Below, one piece after another: positions 63,834 to 64,000 of a stretch of 64,000 nucleotides of DNA. Every line of letters starts with the position of its first letter. Position 1 is the stretch's first letter. The notes under the pieces are model-generated. The model was not told the DNA's origin. It saw only the letters and a list, made by a program, of their open reading frames with translations, and searched no databases. The position numbers and the translations under genes were made by a program. Origin of the DNA: a virus (lineage: Duplodnaviria; Caudoviricetes); IMG/VR virus record IMGVR_UViG_3300043395_002393, positions 459 through 64,458 of that record, one strand, 5' to 3'.

Positions 63834-64000
63834 TCAGCAGAGGCGGGAATTCAGGAGGTGGAAGGCGTCGCGGAAGGCATCGTCGGACCGCAGCAGCTCC
63901 GCGGCACGGCGCAGGCGGTCGGCGGCTTCCGCCGGGCTGATGGAGAGCTCCGCGGCGAGCTGATGGGCCGGTGGGTCCTGCTTCACGTAGAGGAGCAGGA
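63834..64000 (-). CDS. Partial HTH protein (3' end only)
   Basis: Manual translation ...AHQLAAELSISPAEAADRLRRAAELLRSDDAF..LC*. Confidence 0.55.
   Translation of the reverse strand, partial: LLLYVKQDPPAHQLAAELSISPAEAADRLRRAAELLRSDDAFRDAFHLLNSRLC

Overview
The window is almost entirely phage DNA of high GC. It looks like a podovirus-type tailed phage of a probable Verrucomicrobia/PVC host (inferred from the tmRNA, attC and translation-leader style). Layout: 1-2.3 kb small leftward early genes; 2.3-4.4 kb repeat-rich non-coding region plus a putative terminase small subunit; 5.2-5.6 kb phage-encoded tmRNA with an unusual tag; two HNH nucleases; 7.5-12.5 kb receptor-binding/fibre genes; 12.5-14.6 kb lysis cassette; then TerL, an Erv1/Alr-like sulfhydryl oxidase, portal, scaffold, a Cys-rich major capsid protein fused to Calx-beta, and tail genes. 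The tail nozzle gene appears split around a poly-Ser tract, a GT25 glycosyltransferase and a methyltransferase. Ejection proteins follow, including a 2948-aa polyvalent protein that hides two out-of-frame genes. On the minus strand, 44.9-58.5 kb is a replication module (HD nuclease, SNF2 helicase, VRR-NUC, PolA with mini-intein, SSB, DUF2800, primase-helicase, a (CT)n-frameshifted DNA methylase, Cro-like HTH). 58.6-59.6 kb is a three-cassette attC array with antisense ORFs, and 59.6-64 kb is a Mu-like early region (Gam, DnaA_C HTH). The best candidates for an undescribed system are a phage-encoded cytoplasmic disulfide pathway for a Cys-rich virion, a virion O-glycosylation cassette, and integron-type cassettes inside a phage. 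All family calls come from motif recognition by eye; no database searches were run. No integrase was seen in the window.
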